This document shows, piece after piece, positions 1-8,536 of a stretch of 60,148 nt of DNA. The position numbers and the translations under genes were made by a program. The stretch covers positions 1 to 60,148 of the forward strand of contig PUMQ01000021.1 in NCBI GenBank assembly GCA_003551435.1, written 5' to 3'. The notes under the pieces were generated by a model, which was not told where the DNA came from, did not search any database, and was given only the letters and a program-made list of their open reading frames with translations. The number at the start of each line of letters is the position of its first letter. Position 1 is the first letter of the stretch. This DNA is from Candidatus Nealsonbacteria bacterium (GTDB taxonomy: Bacteria; Patescibacteriota; Minisyncoccia; Minisyncoccales; PWPS01).

Positions 1-114
1 AAATGGAAAACTGTTTATCAGTGGCTTGATTATTACAATTATCAAAGAATACACTTATCAATTAACGGATTAACGCCTGAAGAAAAGTTAAAAAGTGTTA
101 CCCTTGAGTGTTAA
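1..114 (+). mobile_element. 3' end of a transposase gene (integrase-core/rve-type C-terminus), 5'-truncated by the window edge
   Basis: Frame 1 reads KWKTVYQWLDYYNYQRIHLSINGLTPEEKLKSVTLEC with stop at 112-114. The YNxxRxHxxLxxxTP pattern is the usual C-terminal signature of DDE/rve transposases (IS3/IS481-like). Confidence 0.6.
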
Positions 115-140
115 CTATACAAATATTTTTCTGCCAAAAT

Positions 141-170
141 TTGCAAAGGTCGGACCTTTGCAAGTTTTTT
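141..170 (+). terminator. Palindromic hairpin ttgcaaaggtcggacctttgcaa plus T-run (copy 1 of a conserved terminator-hairpin family)
   Basis: Perfect ~10-bp inverted repeat at 141-163 followed by gtttttt, preceded by aaaa. Near-identical hairpins occur at 25498-25519 and 57488-57510. Confidence 0.6.
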
Positions 171-175
171 AAACC

Positions 176-210
176 AAAAAGCCCGAGAGGAATATCTCCG
201 GGCTTTTTTT
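176..210. terminator. Bidirectional rho-independent terminator
   Basis: aaaaa-gcccgagag-gaatat-ctccgggc-ttttttt: GC stem flanked by an A-run and a T-run. It lies just downstream of the minus-strand ORF ending at 227. Confidence 0.6.
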
Positions 211-226
211 GCAATCATCACGTGTT

Positions 227-1042
227 CTAAAACTGAATATCGAATTGATCAATATCAAAATCCTGGATGTCAAGGCCCTCAATATCAAAATCCTCTATAT
301 CAAAATCATCAACCGGAAAATCGGTAGGTATACCGGTGGGAACTTCAAAAATCTGGACTCCCGGAGGCAATTGGAATTTATCATCCGAAAATTCCCCGAA
401 ATCTATGTTCACCGCTTCTACTACCGTTTCCCCCACCTCCGCTTTTATAGGAAGACCGTGTTCTCTCCATATCCACATCTTTCCCGGTGTTTCTTCATCC
501 AAGTATTCTACTACAACACACTCCTTTCCTCTTATCGTTTGCAGGCCTATGACAACGGGGTATTTCTCAAGTAAATCCTCGGCTTGTTCTTTTATAGAAC
601 TTTCTTTAATTCCCTCAGCATCTTCCAAGCTCCTTTTCATGGCCATGTTTTGAGCGGGCACATAGGTATAGACAACCCTCTCTTCAATATCAAGTATTAC
701 AACTACCTTATCTATTTCTATATCTTCTACTTCCATCTCTTCCACTAAATCTCTTAAATCTCCCTCTACTCTTATCTTCGATCCTTTCTGCCAAAAAGTT
801 CCCTCCATGCTTATCTCGGGAGAATCTATTATTACATCGTAACTCAAATAATCCCTGCCTTCTATTCTTCCTAAAATTTCTTCAAGCTCTTCTCTGTCCA
901 TTTCAATTTCTCTTAAAACCCCTTCAATTACCTCTTCTCTGTCAAGAACCCTTCCTCCCCACTCTGTTCCCGTGAGAAGAAAAACGCTCCCTCCTACTAC
1001 CAAAACCGCAACAACGACAATAGTAACAATTTTCATAAGCAT
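227..1042 (-). CDS. Hypothetical membrane-anchored/secreted protein with acidic C-terminal DFDIx pentapeptide repeats
   Basis: 271-aa ORF with an N-terminal hydrophobic segment (KIVTIVVVAVLVVGGSVFLL) and C-terminus DDFDIEDFDIEGLDIQDFDIDQFDIQF. I recognise no family. Confidence 0.6.
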   Translation of the reverse strand: MLMKIVTIVVVAVLVVGGSVFLLTGTEWGGRVLDREEVIEGVLREIEMDREELEEILGRIEGRDYLSYDVIIDSPEISMEGTFWQKGSKIRVEGDLRDLVEEMEVEDIEIDKVVVILDIEERVVYTYVPAQNMAMKRSLEDAEGIKESSIKEQAEDLLEKYPVVIGLQTIRGKECVVVEYLDEETPGKMWIWREHGLPIKAEVGETVVEAVNIDFGEFSDDKFQLPPGVQIFEVPTGIPTDFPVDDFDIEDFDIEGLDIQDFDIDQFDIQF

Positions 1043-1220
1043 TATTGTTAATTTTTATTCGACCTTTTTAATTTTTCTTCTATGTTTTGAAACTCTGCGG
1101 CCGATTTTTCCGGCGCGCTGTGTTAAAAACTTTTTTCCTATCCTTTAAAAAGCGCTCAATTAAAAATTTGTCTTTTGTGATGTGCCTTTTTCAGCCTACC
1201 ATAAAACTCTACAAAACAAA

Positions 1221-1240
1221 ACCCGAGAAAACATCTCGGG
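1221..1240 (-). terminator. Rho-independent terminator downstream of tRNA-Trp
   Basis: Minus strand reads cccgag-atgttt-tctcggg followed by ttttgtttt. Confidence 0.55.
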
Positions 1241-1247
1241 AAATGTG

Positions 1248-1321
1248 CAGGGGCGGCAGGACTTGAACCTGCAGTATTCCACTTTTGGAGAGTGGTGGTT
1301 TGCCAATTAACCGACGCCCCC
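1248..1321 (-). tRNA. tRNA-Trp (anticodon CCA)
   Basis: Reverse complement GGGGGCGTCGGTTAATTGGCAAACCACCACTCTCCAAAAGTGG...GCAGGTTCAAGTCCTGCCGCCCCTG folds as a cloverleaf. Anticodon loop is CTCCAAA and the T-loop is TTCAAGT. Confidence 0.9.
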
Positions 1322-1373
1322 ATACCCGCCTTCGGCGGGAAACTCTAAATTCTAAACTCAAAACTCTAGTAGA

Positions 1374-1547
1374 CTACTTTAGTTTCATTTTGTGCAAAGT
1401 GTGTTTTTTGCACCATCTGCAGTGTTTCTTTAGTTCCAGCTTGTCGTTTTCTACTGTTTTACCTTTTGTAACCGCAATGTGATAATTTGTTTTTTTGCAA
1501 ACACCGCAATCCAGCTTTATAAAAGGTCTTTTTGTTTTTGTGGTCAT
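1374..1547 (-). CDS. rpmG: 50S ribosomal protein L33 (zinc-ribbon form)
   Basis: MTTKTKRPFIKLDCGVCKKTNYHIAVTKGKTVENDKLELKKHCRWCKKHTLHKMKLK matches the L33 pattern (CxxC...LELKKxCxxCxKHTxH). The longer track ORF to 1613 overlaps tRNA-Thr, so the ATG at 1547 is preferred. Confidence 0.9.
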   Translation of the reverse strand: MTTKTKRPFIKLDCGVCKKTNYHIAVTKGKTVENDKLELKKHCRWCKKHTLHKMKLK

Positions 1548-1572
1548 GTTTCTAATTAAATTAGTTAAACAG

Positions 1573-1644
1573 AGCCCGAGGGGAGAATTGAACTCCCGTC
1601 TGATCCTTACCATGGATCCGTTCTAGCCATTGAACTACTCGGGC
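1573..1644 (-). tRNA. tRNA-Thr (anticodon GGT)
   Basis: Reverse complement GCCCGAGTAGTTCAATGGCTAGAACGGATCCATGGTAAGGATCAGACGGGAGTTCAATTCTCCCCTCGGGCT gives a full cloverleaf with anticodon loop ATGGTAA. Confidence 0.92.
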
Positions 1645-1652
1645 ACAAGAAG

Positions 1653-1735
1653 TGGGCCGGGCAGGATTCGAACCTGCGTAGGCTTACGCCGCGACGTTTA
1701 CAGCGTCGTCCATTTGGCCGCTCTGGCACCGACCC
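1653..1735 (-). tRNA. tRNA-Tyr (anticodon GTA), type II with long variable arm
   Basis: Reverse complement GGGTCGGTGCCAGAGCGGCCAAATGGACGACGCTGTAAACGTCG...GCAGGTTCGAATCCTGCCCGGCCCA. Anticodon loop is CTGTAAA, with a 3-bp D stem and long variable arm as in bacterial tRNA-Tyr. Confidence 0.9.
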
Positions 1736-1793
1736 TAAAAATTACGCTCACATTGTACCACAGAAGGGGTGAATTTTCAAACACCCGACCGCC

Positions 1794-2318
1794 TTAACCT
1801 TCGGGAAAGGAAGCTTTCCACTCTTTCATAGTAAAGGGCTCTCCGTGCCCGGGATAAACAACAGTACTGTCGGAAAGCTCTTTTTTTAGTCTTTTCAGTG
1901 TTCTTTCCATTTCTTTTTTAGAGCCTCCGGGAAGGTCCGTTCTTCCGTGCCCGCCGGGAAACAGAATGTCCCCGCTTATTATAAAAGAGTTTCCCAAAAA
2001 ACAGTTATCTTCTTTGGTATGCCCGGACATTTTTAATACTCTTATTTTACTCTCCCCTATTTTTATCTCTTCTCCTTCCTTCAGACTCTCCAAAATTTTT
2101 CCGCCCGTTTCTTTAGCAATCTTTTTTTCTTTTAAATTGTGGTCAAAATGAGGATGGGTGCTTGTTACATATTTCACTCCTCCTTCCGTTTTCTCTATTT
2201 CTCTTAAAATTGTTTTTGACTCTCCTCCGGGGTCAATAACCATAATCTCTCCTTTGTCAAAAAGAAGATAACAGTTTGTTTTTAGTGCCCCTACGGGGAC
2301 ACGCTTTACTTTAGCCAT
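1794..2318 (-). CDS. MBL-fold metallo-hydrolase (glyoxalase II-like)
   Basis: 174 aa with the HxHxDH motif (THPHFDH) and a downstream GHT/GHG pattern. Confidence 0.8.
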   Translation of the reverse strand: MAKVKRVPVGALKTNCYLLFDKGEIMVIDPGGESKTILREIEKTEGGVKYVTSTHPHFDHNLKEKKIAKETGGKILESLKEGEEIKIGESKIRVLKMSGHTKEDNCFLGNSFIISGDILFPGGHGRTDLPGGSKKEMERTLKRLKKELSDSTVVYPGHGEPFTMKEWKASFPEG

Positions 2319-2345
2319 ATTTTTATTATATCTTAAGCTTTCAAA

Positions 2346-3530
2346 TTACAAAAATTCTTTTTTTCTTAGGTTTTTGTGATAGGCGACGGCAAAGCGATGT
2401 GCTTCGTCCCGGACTTTAACCAAGGTCTCTTTTTTAATACCGGAAGGAATTCTTCCTACTACTTCTTCTTTTTTCCTATTCTTTCCTTTGGCAATTCCCA
2501 CTACCGGAATATCAAGCCCTTCCTTTTTTAGGGCATCTTCTACTGCGCTTACTTGCCCCTTCCCTCCGTCAACCAAAATAAGGTGAGGCAGTTTCCAATC
2601 ATTTTTTAATCTTCTTTCTGCCACTTCTTTTAACATTTTAATGTCGTCTGGCTTTTTTATGCTTCTTATTTTAAATTTTCGGTACTCTTTTTTTCTAGGG
2701 AAATTTCCTTCAAAAACAACCATTGCTCCCGCCGCCAAACTGCCGGAGATATTGGATACATCATAACCCTCTATTCTCACTTTTTCTTCTTTCTCCTCCT
2801 TTTTTAAAACGGCAATGTCTTGAATGTGGGAAAGAAGATTTATTTTTCTTTTTATCTCCCCCGCCTTCTCGTACTCCATATTTTCACTCTCCCTTTTCAT
2901 CTCTTTTTTTAAGTTGGAAACAATTTTTTTCTTCTTTCCTTTAAAGAAAAGCTCTATGTTTCTAACCTCCTTTAAGTACTTTTTCTTGCCGATTTCTCCC
3001 GCACATGTTCCCGGGCAAAGATTTATCTGGCGGTAAAAACAAGGCCTTCCCCCTTCTATCTCCTTTTTCGTGTGGGTGGAAAAGGGAAATATCTTCCTTA
3101 CAATGCGAAGCGCACTCCTTATTTCGGAAGAAAAGATAAAAGGCCCGAAAACGCTTCTCACATTCTTTTTATTCAGCCCTCTTCCTCTTTGCAAAAGCAC
3201 TCGCGGATAATCATCTTTGGTAATTACAAGATAGAGAAAACTCCGATCATCTTTCTCTTTTACATTGTACTTGGGGCTGAATTTTTTTATAAGGTTTGCT
3301 TCTATTATAAGAGCCTCTATCACCGTACCGGTTTTTTCAAACTCCACCCTTTTTGTTTCCTTGTAGATTATAGCTGGCTTGCCGGCTGCTTTGCCCGAGA
3401 AATAACTTCCCACTCTTCTTTTAAGGTTAGCCGCCTTCCCTACGTAAATAACCTTCTCTTTGTCATTTTTGAAGATATAAACACCGGGAGTGTCGGGAAG
3501 TTTTTTTATCTGTTCTTGAACGCTTTTCAT
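2346..3530 (-). CDS. uvrC: Excinuclease ABC subunit C, short form lacking the C-terminal (HhH)2 domain
   Basis: GIY-YIG N-terminus (GVYIFKN...VIYVGKAANLKRRVGSYF), a UVR-like helix (EYEKAGEIKRKINLL) and the endonuclease domain (EGYDVSNISG...DEAHRFA). Only 394 aa versus about 600 typical. Confidence 0.88.
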   Translation of the reverse strand: MKSVQEQIKKLPDTPGVYIFKNDKEKVIYVGKAANLKRRVGSYFSGKAAGKPAIIYKETKRVEFEKTGTVIEALIIEANLIKKFSPKYNVKEKDDRSFLYLVITKDDYPRVLLQRGRGLNKKNVRSVFGPFIFSSEIRSALRIVRKIFPFSTHTKKEIEGGRPCFYRQINLCPGTCAGEIGKKKYLKEVRNIELFFKGKKKKIVSNLKKEMKRESENMEYEKAGEIKRKINLLSHIQDIAVLKKEEKEEKVRIEGYDVSNISGSLAAGAMVVFEGNFPRKKEYRKFKIRSIKKPDDIKMLKEVAERRLKNDWKLPHLILVDGGKGQVSAVEDALKKEGLDIPVVGIAKGKNRKKEEVVGRIPSGIKKETLVKVRDEAHRFAVAYHKNLRKKEFL

Positions 3531-3538
3531 AAAACCGC

Positions 3539-6046
3539 TTACGCTTTAAATATTTTACGCAAATGCTTTCCCGTAAGGCTCTCTCCTTTTCTCGCCACTT
3601 CTTTGGGCGTTCCGGCGGCTACCACCCTGCCTCCTCTTTCGCCCCCTCCGGGCCCAAGGTCAATAACGTAATCTGCGTTTTTAATAACATCCAGCTGGTG
3701 TTCAATAACCACCACTGTATTTCCTCTGTCTACCAGACGTTGCAAGACATAAAGAAGCTTTTTTACGTCTTCGTAGTGAAGACCGATGGTCGGCTCGTCT
3801 AAAATATAGAATGTTTTTCGAGTATCTTTTCTGGCAAGTTCGGCAGAAAGCTTTATTCTTTGTGCCTCTCCGCCCGAAAGAGTAGTTGCCGACTGCCCGA
3901 GAGTAAGGTATCCGAGCCCCACTTCGCTTAGTATTTTAAGCTTTCTCTCAATCCAGGGGGTATCTTTGAAAAATTCAAGCGCTTCTTGAGCTGTCATGGA
4001 AAGCACGTCAAAAATACTTTTCCCGCGATACTTTACTTCCAGAGTCTCTCTGTTAAACCTTTTTCCTTTACAAACCTGGCAAGTGACAAATACTGTCGGC
4101 AGAAAATGCATCTCCACGGCAATATAGCCGTACCCTCTGCAGTTCTCGCACCTCCCGCCGGATACGTTAAAACTGAATCTTCCCGGGCCCCATCCTCTCA
4201 ACCTCGCCTCTTTGGTATAAGAGAAAAGCTCTCTTATCTCGGTAAAGGCTCCTATGTAGGTAACGGGAGTGGATCGCGGAGTTCTCCCTATGGGAGCTTG
4301 GTTGATATTTATTGCCTTATTAACATACTCAGAGCCCATTATTTTATTTACTTTCTCTTTTTCGTTTTCAACAGCACTGCCAAACCTTCCGGCAAGGTGT
4401 TTATAAATTACCTCGTGGGCAAGAGTGCTTTTCCCCGAACCGGAAACACCGGTAATAGCGACAAAGCGCCCCAGAGGTATATCAACATTCATTTTTTTCA
4501 GATTGTTCTCTCTTGCTCCCCTTATTTTCAAAAGCGGAGTGGACTGCTTTACTTTTCGCCTTTCTTTGATAACGGTCACTTTTTTCTCTCCCCTTAAATA
4601 GCTCAAAGTAAGAGATTTTTTCGCTTTGTCTTTCATTATCTCGGGCATTTTCCCGGAAACAACTATCTCTCCTCCGTTAACTCCCGCTCCCGGGCCGAAA
4701 TCAACAAGATAATCGGAGGAAAATATCGTTTTTTCGTCATGTTCAACCACGATTATGGTGTTTCCCAGATCGCGCAAATCTTTCAGGGTTTTTATAAGCC
4801 GATCGTTATCTTCCTGGTGCAGTCCGATGGTCGGCTCGTCGAGGATGTAAAGCGTGCCTACCAGTCTTAATCCCACTTGGGAAGCAAGCCTTATTCTCTG
4901 AGCTTCACCGCCCGACAAAGATGACGCCTCTCTCTTTAAGGTAAGATAAGAAAGGCCGATGTCTAAAAGAAATCCCATTCTGTCTTTTATCTCCCTTAAG
5001 GGAGCTTTGGCAATTTCTTTTTCGTGGTCTTTTAGTTTCTTTTCAAGAGAATTAAAGAAGTCGCTTGCTTTCTCCACGGACATTTCTACCACCTCATCAA
5101 TATTTTTTCCTTGCAAAAAAACGTTGAGCGCCTCTTCTCGAAGCCTTTTCCCGCCACAAGCAACACACTTCCTTTTCCTGTAAAACTCTTCTTTTCCCAA
5201 GCCGTTACATTCAGAACACGCTCCGTAGGGGCTGTTAAAAGAAAACAGTCTCGGTTCTATGGCCGGATATGAAAAATTGTCTTTCGGGCAAGAGAGGTGT
5301 TCGGAATAAGTGTGTTCCCCTTTTTCGGTTATTACCTCCAAAAAACCTCCTCCTCTTTTTAACCCGGTTTCCGCCGCCTCGGTTATTCTTGCTCTTGCTT
5401 CTTTTGGGGGCATCGTCATCGGTATCTCGTCGACAACCACCGAAATATCGTGCCTTTCAAAACGGGGCATAACCACTCTTTCCCGGAGAGAGAAAAACTT
5501 TCCGTCAATACGCGCTTTCCTGAAACCTTCGTTTAAAAGATCGTAAAGAAGCTGGTAATACTCCCCTTTTCTTCCTTTTACAATGGGAGCAAGTAAGATA
5601 ATTTTCTTTTTTTCTTTTAGAGAAAGAATGCTGTCTACTATCTGATCTACGGTAAGGGAAGATATCTCGTCTTTGCAAACCGGGCAGTGGGGCTTTCCTA
5701 TTCTTGCAAAAAGAACGCGCAAAAAGTCGTAAATTTCAGTCACCGTAGCCACCGTAGAGCGCGGATTGTGAGTGTGCGCTTTCTGGTCTATGGAAATTGC
5801 CGGAGAAAGGCCCTCTATCTCATCAACCTCCGGTTTGTCTGTTTTGCTTAAAAACTGCCTTGCATAAGAAGAGAGTGACTCTACATACCGGCGTTGACCT
5901 TCGGCAAAAATAGTGTCAAAGGCAAGTGAAGACTTCCCGGAACCCGAAATTCCGGTAAAAACCGTTATTTTATTGCGGGGAATTTCAAGATTTACACTTT
6001 TTAAATTGTGTTCCCTTGCCCCTTTGATGGTTATTTTATCTTTCAC
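3539..6046 (-). CDS. uvrA: Excinuclease ABC subunit A (835 aa, compact)
   Basis: Two ABC ATPase modules ([14 protein letters not shown]; [13 protein letters not shown]), LSGGEAQR signatures twice, and CxxC zinc modules. GTG start overlaps the uvrB stop. Confidence 0.95.
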   Translation of the reverse strand: MKDKITIKGAREHNLKSVNLEIPRNKITVFTGISGSGKSSLAFDTIFAEGQRRYVESLSSYARQFLSKTDKPEVDEIEGLSPAISIDQKAHTHNPRSTVATVTEIYDFLRVLFARIGKPHCPVCKDEISSLTVDQIVDSILSLKEKKKIILLAPIVKGRKGEYYQLLYDLLNEGFRKARIDGKFFSLRERVVMPRFERHDISVVVDEIPMTMPPKEARARITEAAETGLKRGGGFLEVITEKGEHTYSEHLSCPKDNFSYPAIEPRLFSFNSPYGACSECNGLGKEEFYRKRKCVACGGKRLREEALNVFLQGKNIDEVVEMSVEKASDFFNSLEKKLKDHEKEIAKAPLREIKDRMGFLLDIGLSYLTLKREASSLSGGEAQRIRLASQVGLRLVGTLYILDEPTIGLHQEDNDRLIKTLKDLRDLGNTIIVVEHDEKTIFSSDYLVDFGPGAGVNGGEIVVSGKMPEIMKDKAKKSLTLSYLRGEKKVTVIKERRKVKQSTPLLKIRGARENNLKKMNVDIPLGRFVAITGVSGSGKSTLAHEVIYKHLAGRFGSAVENEKEKVNKIMGSEYVNKAININQAPIGRTPRSTPVTYIGAFTEIRELFSYTKEARLRGWGPGRFSFNVSGGRCENCRGYGYIAVEMHFLPTVFVTCQVCKGKRFNRETLEVKYRGKSIFDVLSMTAQEALEFFKDTPWIERKLKILSEVGLGYLTLGQSATTLSGGEAQRIKLSAELARKDTRKTFYILDEPTIGLHYEDVKKLLYVLQRLVDRGNTVVVIEHQLDVIKNADYVIDLGPGGGERGGRVVAAGTPKEVARKGESLTGKHLRKIFKA

Positions 6047-8003
6047 GTTTTAATTCTTTTATCTCGTCTCTTAAAAGGGCGGCCAGCTCAAAGTTAAGCT
6101 CTTTGGCCGCTTTGCGCATCTCCCTTTCTTTATCCTTGATGTATTTTTCCATTTCTTTTTTGCCCGCACTTTTGAGCGGTTTTGTTTCTGTAGATAAGAC
6201 ATCCTCTATGGGAATAATATCGCTTATGTCTTTTTTAATAGTTTGCGGAGTAATACTGTGCTTTTTGTTATAAGCTATTTGTTTTTTTCTTCTCCTCTCG
6301 GTTTCTCCTACCGCTCTTTTGATGGAACCTGTGATACGATCAGCGTATATTAAAACTTCCCCTTTTACGTTACGGGCAGCACGTCCGATGGTTTGGATAA
6401 GGGAAATCTCACTTCTTAAAAACCCTTCTTTATCGGCATCAAGAATAGCTACCAGAGAAACTTCCGGTAAATCCAATCCCTCCCGAAGCAGGTTCACTCC
6501 CACCACCACATCCACCTCGCCTTTCCTTAAAGAAGTAAGTATCTTTATTCTTTCCAAGGATTTTATATCACTATGCAAGTAAGAAACTTTTATCTCTCTT
6601 TCTTTTAAATATTCAGTCAGGTCTTCAGCCATTTTTTTTGTAAGGGTGGTAACCAGCGTCCTCTCTTTTCTCTTTACTCTTTGGTCTATTCTTTTTAGAA
6701 GGTCTTCTATCTGGCCTTTGCAGGGAGATATGGTTACTTTCGGGTCTACAAGGCCGGTGGGACGGATAATCTGCTCTACAACTCTCTTGCTTTCTTTTTT
6801 CTCGTAATCCGCGGGGGTGGCGGAGACGTAAACTGTTTGCTTTGTTTTTTGCTCAAACTCTTTGAAAGTAAGGGGCCTGTTGTCTATCGCCGAAGGCAGG
6901 CGAAAACCGTTTTCTATCAAAGACTTTTTCCTTGAAAGGTTGCCATAATACATGGCGGCAAGCTGGGGAAGTGTGATGTGTGATTCGTCAATAACTGTCA
7001 AAAAGTCCCGGGAAAAGTAGTCCAGCAAAGACGACGGGGACTCTCCCTCCTTCCTTCCCGAAAGGTGGCGGGAGTAGTTTTCTATTCCGTTACAGTACCC
7101 TATCTCCCTTATCATGGCTAAGTCGTTTCTTGTAATCTGTTCTATTCTTTCGGCTTCAAGAGGCATACTGTTTTTTTCAAAGTAAGCGATGCGCTCTTTC
7201 ATTTCTTCTTCTATCTCCCGCAAAGCCCTCTCTCTGTCTTTTTCTTCTGAAAGAAAGTGCTTAATGGGAGAGATGACAATCTCTTCTGTTTCTTTTGTTT
7301 TCCCGGGAATAAAGCCCTCTATTGGGTCTACAGAAAATATTTTTTCCACCCTATCGCCTGAAAGCTCTACGTGATAAACGATATCTTCGTTTACCGGAGC
7401 AATCTGGAGAACATCTCCCTGCACACGGAATCTTCCCCTCTCGAGTGCGGAAGGGGTTCTTTTAAGGCCTATTTTCACCAGCGAAGAGATAAGATCTTTG
7501 CGCGTTATCTTTTCTCCCCTTTTCAGAGTAAAAATATTTTTTCTGTAAACGGAAGGGAGGCCCAAATCATAAATACAGGAAACGGAAGCAACCACGATTA
7601 CATCGTTTCTCGTCAAAAGAGCGGTAGTTGCCGCGTGCCTTAATTTGTCTATCTCCTCGTTTATAGTCGCTTCCTTTCTTATATAAGTGTCCGTACTTTT
7701 TATATAGGCCTCCGGCTGATAGTAATCGTAGTAGGAGACAAAATAATGCACCGAGTTTTCCGGAAAAAAGTGGCGGAACTCGTTACACAGCTGTGCGGCA
7801 AGTGTCTTGTTGTGGCTTATTACCAAGGTCGGTTTTTTGTTTTTCTCCACTACTCGGGCTATGGAAAAGGTTTTTCCACTTCCTGTAATTCCAAGCAGGG
7901 TCTGTTTTTGAAACCCTTTTTTCAATCCTTCCGCTAGCTCCTTTATCGCTTTTGGTTGGTCTCCCGCCGGTTTAAAATCTGATTTAAGTTTAAATTGCGC
8001 CAT
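6036..8003 (-). CDS. uvrB: Excinuclease ABC subunit B
   Basis: Begins [20 protein letters not shown], has helicase motif I GITGSGKT, and a C-terminal UVR motif ([14 protein letters not shown]). ATG at 8003 is preferred over the upstream start at 8021. Confidence 0.95.
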   Translation of the reverse strand: MAQFKLKSDFKPAGDQPKAIKELAEGLKKGFQKQTLLGITGSGKTFSIARVVEKNKKPTLVISHNKTLAAQLCNEFRHFFPENSVHYFVSYYDYYQPEAYIKSTDTYIRKEATINEEIDKLRHAATTALLTRNDVIVVASVSCIYDLGLPSVYRKNIFTLKRGEKITRKDLISSLVKIGLKRTPSALERGRFRVQGDVLQIAPVNEDIVYHVELSGDRVEKIFSVDPIEGFIPGKTKETEEIVISPIKHFLSEEKDRERALREIEEEMKERIAYFEKNSMPLEAERIEQITRNDLAMIREIGYCNGIENYSRHLSGRKEGESPSSLLDYFSRDFLTVIDESHITLPQLAAMYYGNLSRKKSLIENGFRLPSAIDNRPLTFKEFEQKTKQTVYVSATPADYEKKESKRVVEQIIRPTGLVDPKVTISPCKGQIEDLLKRIDQRVKRKERTLVTTLTKKMAEDLTEYLKEREIKVSYLHSDIKSLERIKILTSLRKGEVDVVVGVNLLREGLDLPEVSLVAILDADKEGFLRSEISLIQTIGRAARNVKGEVLIYADRITGSIKRAVGETERRRKKQIAYNKKHSITPQTIKKDISDIIPIEDVLSTETKPLKSAGKKEMEKYIKDKEREMRKAAKELNFELAALLRDEIKELKRER

Positions 8004-8071
8004 AAAAACAAAACCAAACACTCCCCTTGATTAGTTATCTAGGGGGAGGTTGAGCTTTTAAGTTCCCTTGG

Positions 8072-8099
8072 ATTATAGCGCTTTTTTAAAAAAATTCAA
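8072..8099 (-). promoter_or_regulatory. Putative sigma70-type promoter for uvrB (TTGAAT-16-TATAAT)
   Basis: Minus strand carries TTGAAT (plus 8094-8099), a 16-nt spacer and TATAAT (plus 8072-8077), about 70 nt upstream of the uvrB ATG. Confidence 0.45.
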
Positions 8100-8153
8100 A
8101 TTCAATATTGTAAATCAAACTAGCGTTGTTTACACTTTATAAGCTATTCCACT

Positions 8154-8297
8154 CCGCGACAGGTATGCTCGAAAAACCGTACCTCGCTCGCTTCCGGCGG
8201 CGAGCGGGTACTGCGTTCTCGGCGGAAAACCCCTCGCTATCGCTCGGGGACCGAGCTTTTCCGCCTCCGAAAGCTTCTTCTCGCATACCCGTCCCGG
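8154..8297. ncRNA. Candidate structured RNA or structured DNA element of unknown class (GC-rich multi-helix element)
   Basis: About 64% G+C by hand count in an AT-rich intergenic region. A closing helix pairs 8154-8168 with 8283-8297, and 8179-8211 forms a 12-bp hairpin. Helix 8221-8229/8257-8265 encloses a hairpin at 8242-8256. The two overlapping ORFs (8126..8338 +, 8130..8321 -) have non-protein-like R/A/G/P-rich composition. Confidence 0.45.
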
Positions 8298-8334
8298 AAT
8301 ATGTAAAAAATGTCTCTGCAATTTACATAAATAT

Positions 8335-8362
8335 TTGACTATTTTAAATAATCTGTTATCCT
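8335..8362 (+). promoter_or_regulatory. Putative promoter of the glyQS T-box leader (TTGACT-16-TATCCT)
   Basis: TTGACT at 8335-8340 and TATCCT at 8357-8362. The same -10 hexamer appears in the putative infA promoter. Confidence 0.4.
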
Positions 8363-8369
8363 ATCGGTA

Positions 8370-8517
8370 CAAGCCGGGTGAGGGAGATTGGCACCCTTTA
8401 AGAAGCTCGGTGTAAAGTGAGGCGGCCTTGATGCTCGTCAGGGCAAGCTAGATGGAACCGCGGGCAAAGCTCGTTCTAGCAACCGATTTTTTTGGTTGTT
8501 ACAACGAGCTTTTTTTA
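8370..8517 (+). promoter_or_regulatory. T-box riboswitch leader (tRNA-Gly responsive) with terminator/antiterminator switch
   Basis: T-box sequence agaUGGAACCGCGgg at 8450-8464. The antiterminator has helix A1 (8447-8452/8475-8480), a 7-nt bulge UGGAACC (8453-8459) and helix A2 (8460-8465/8469-8474). The competing terminator pairs aaagctcgtt (8466-8475) with aacgagcttt (8503-8512), followed by a T-run. The Stem I base (8370-8376/8424-8430) has TGA/GTGA K-turn-like motifs, and GGC-A lies at 8390-8393. It sits directly upstream of GlyRS. Confidence 0.8.
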
Positions 8518-8536
8518 TAAACCTAACGGTAAAAAC

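Noticed and set aside
8154-8297. Identification of the GC-rich element as SRP (4.5S) RNA or 6S RNA
   Set aside because: The hairpin at 8179-8211 contains CCGGAAG on the minus strand, but the stem is fully paired and lacks the conserved asymmetric and symmetric loops (GGAA...AGCA) of SRP domain IV. The multi-branch fold does not resemble the single long bulged hairpin of 6S RNA.
8126-8338. The 70-aa (+) and 63-aa (-) ORFs over the GC-rich intergenic element as real small proteins
   Set aside because: They overlap each other on opposite strands and have no ribosome-binding site. Their Arg/Ala/Gly/Pro-rich composition is unlike every real protein here. The DNA folds into nested helices, so a non-coding structured element is more likely.
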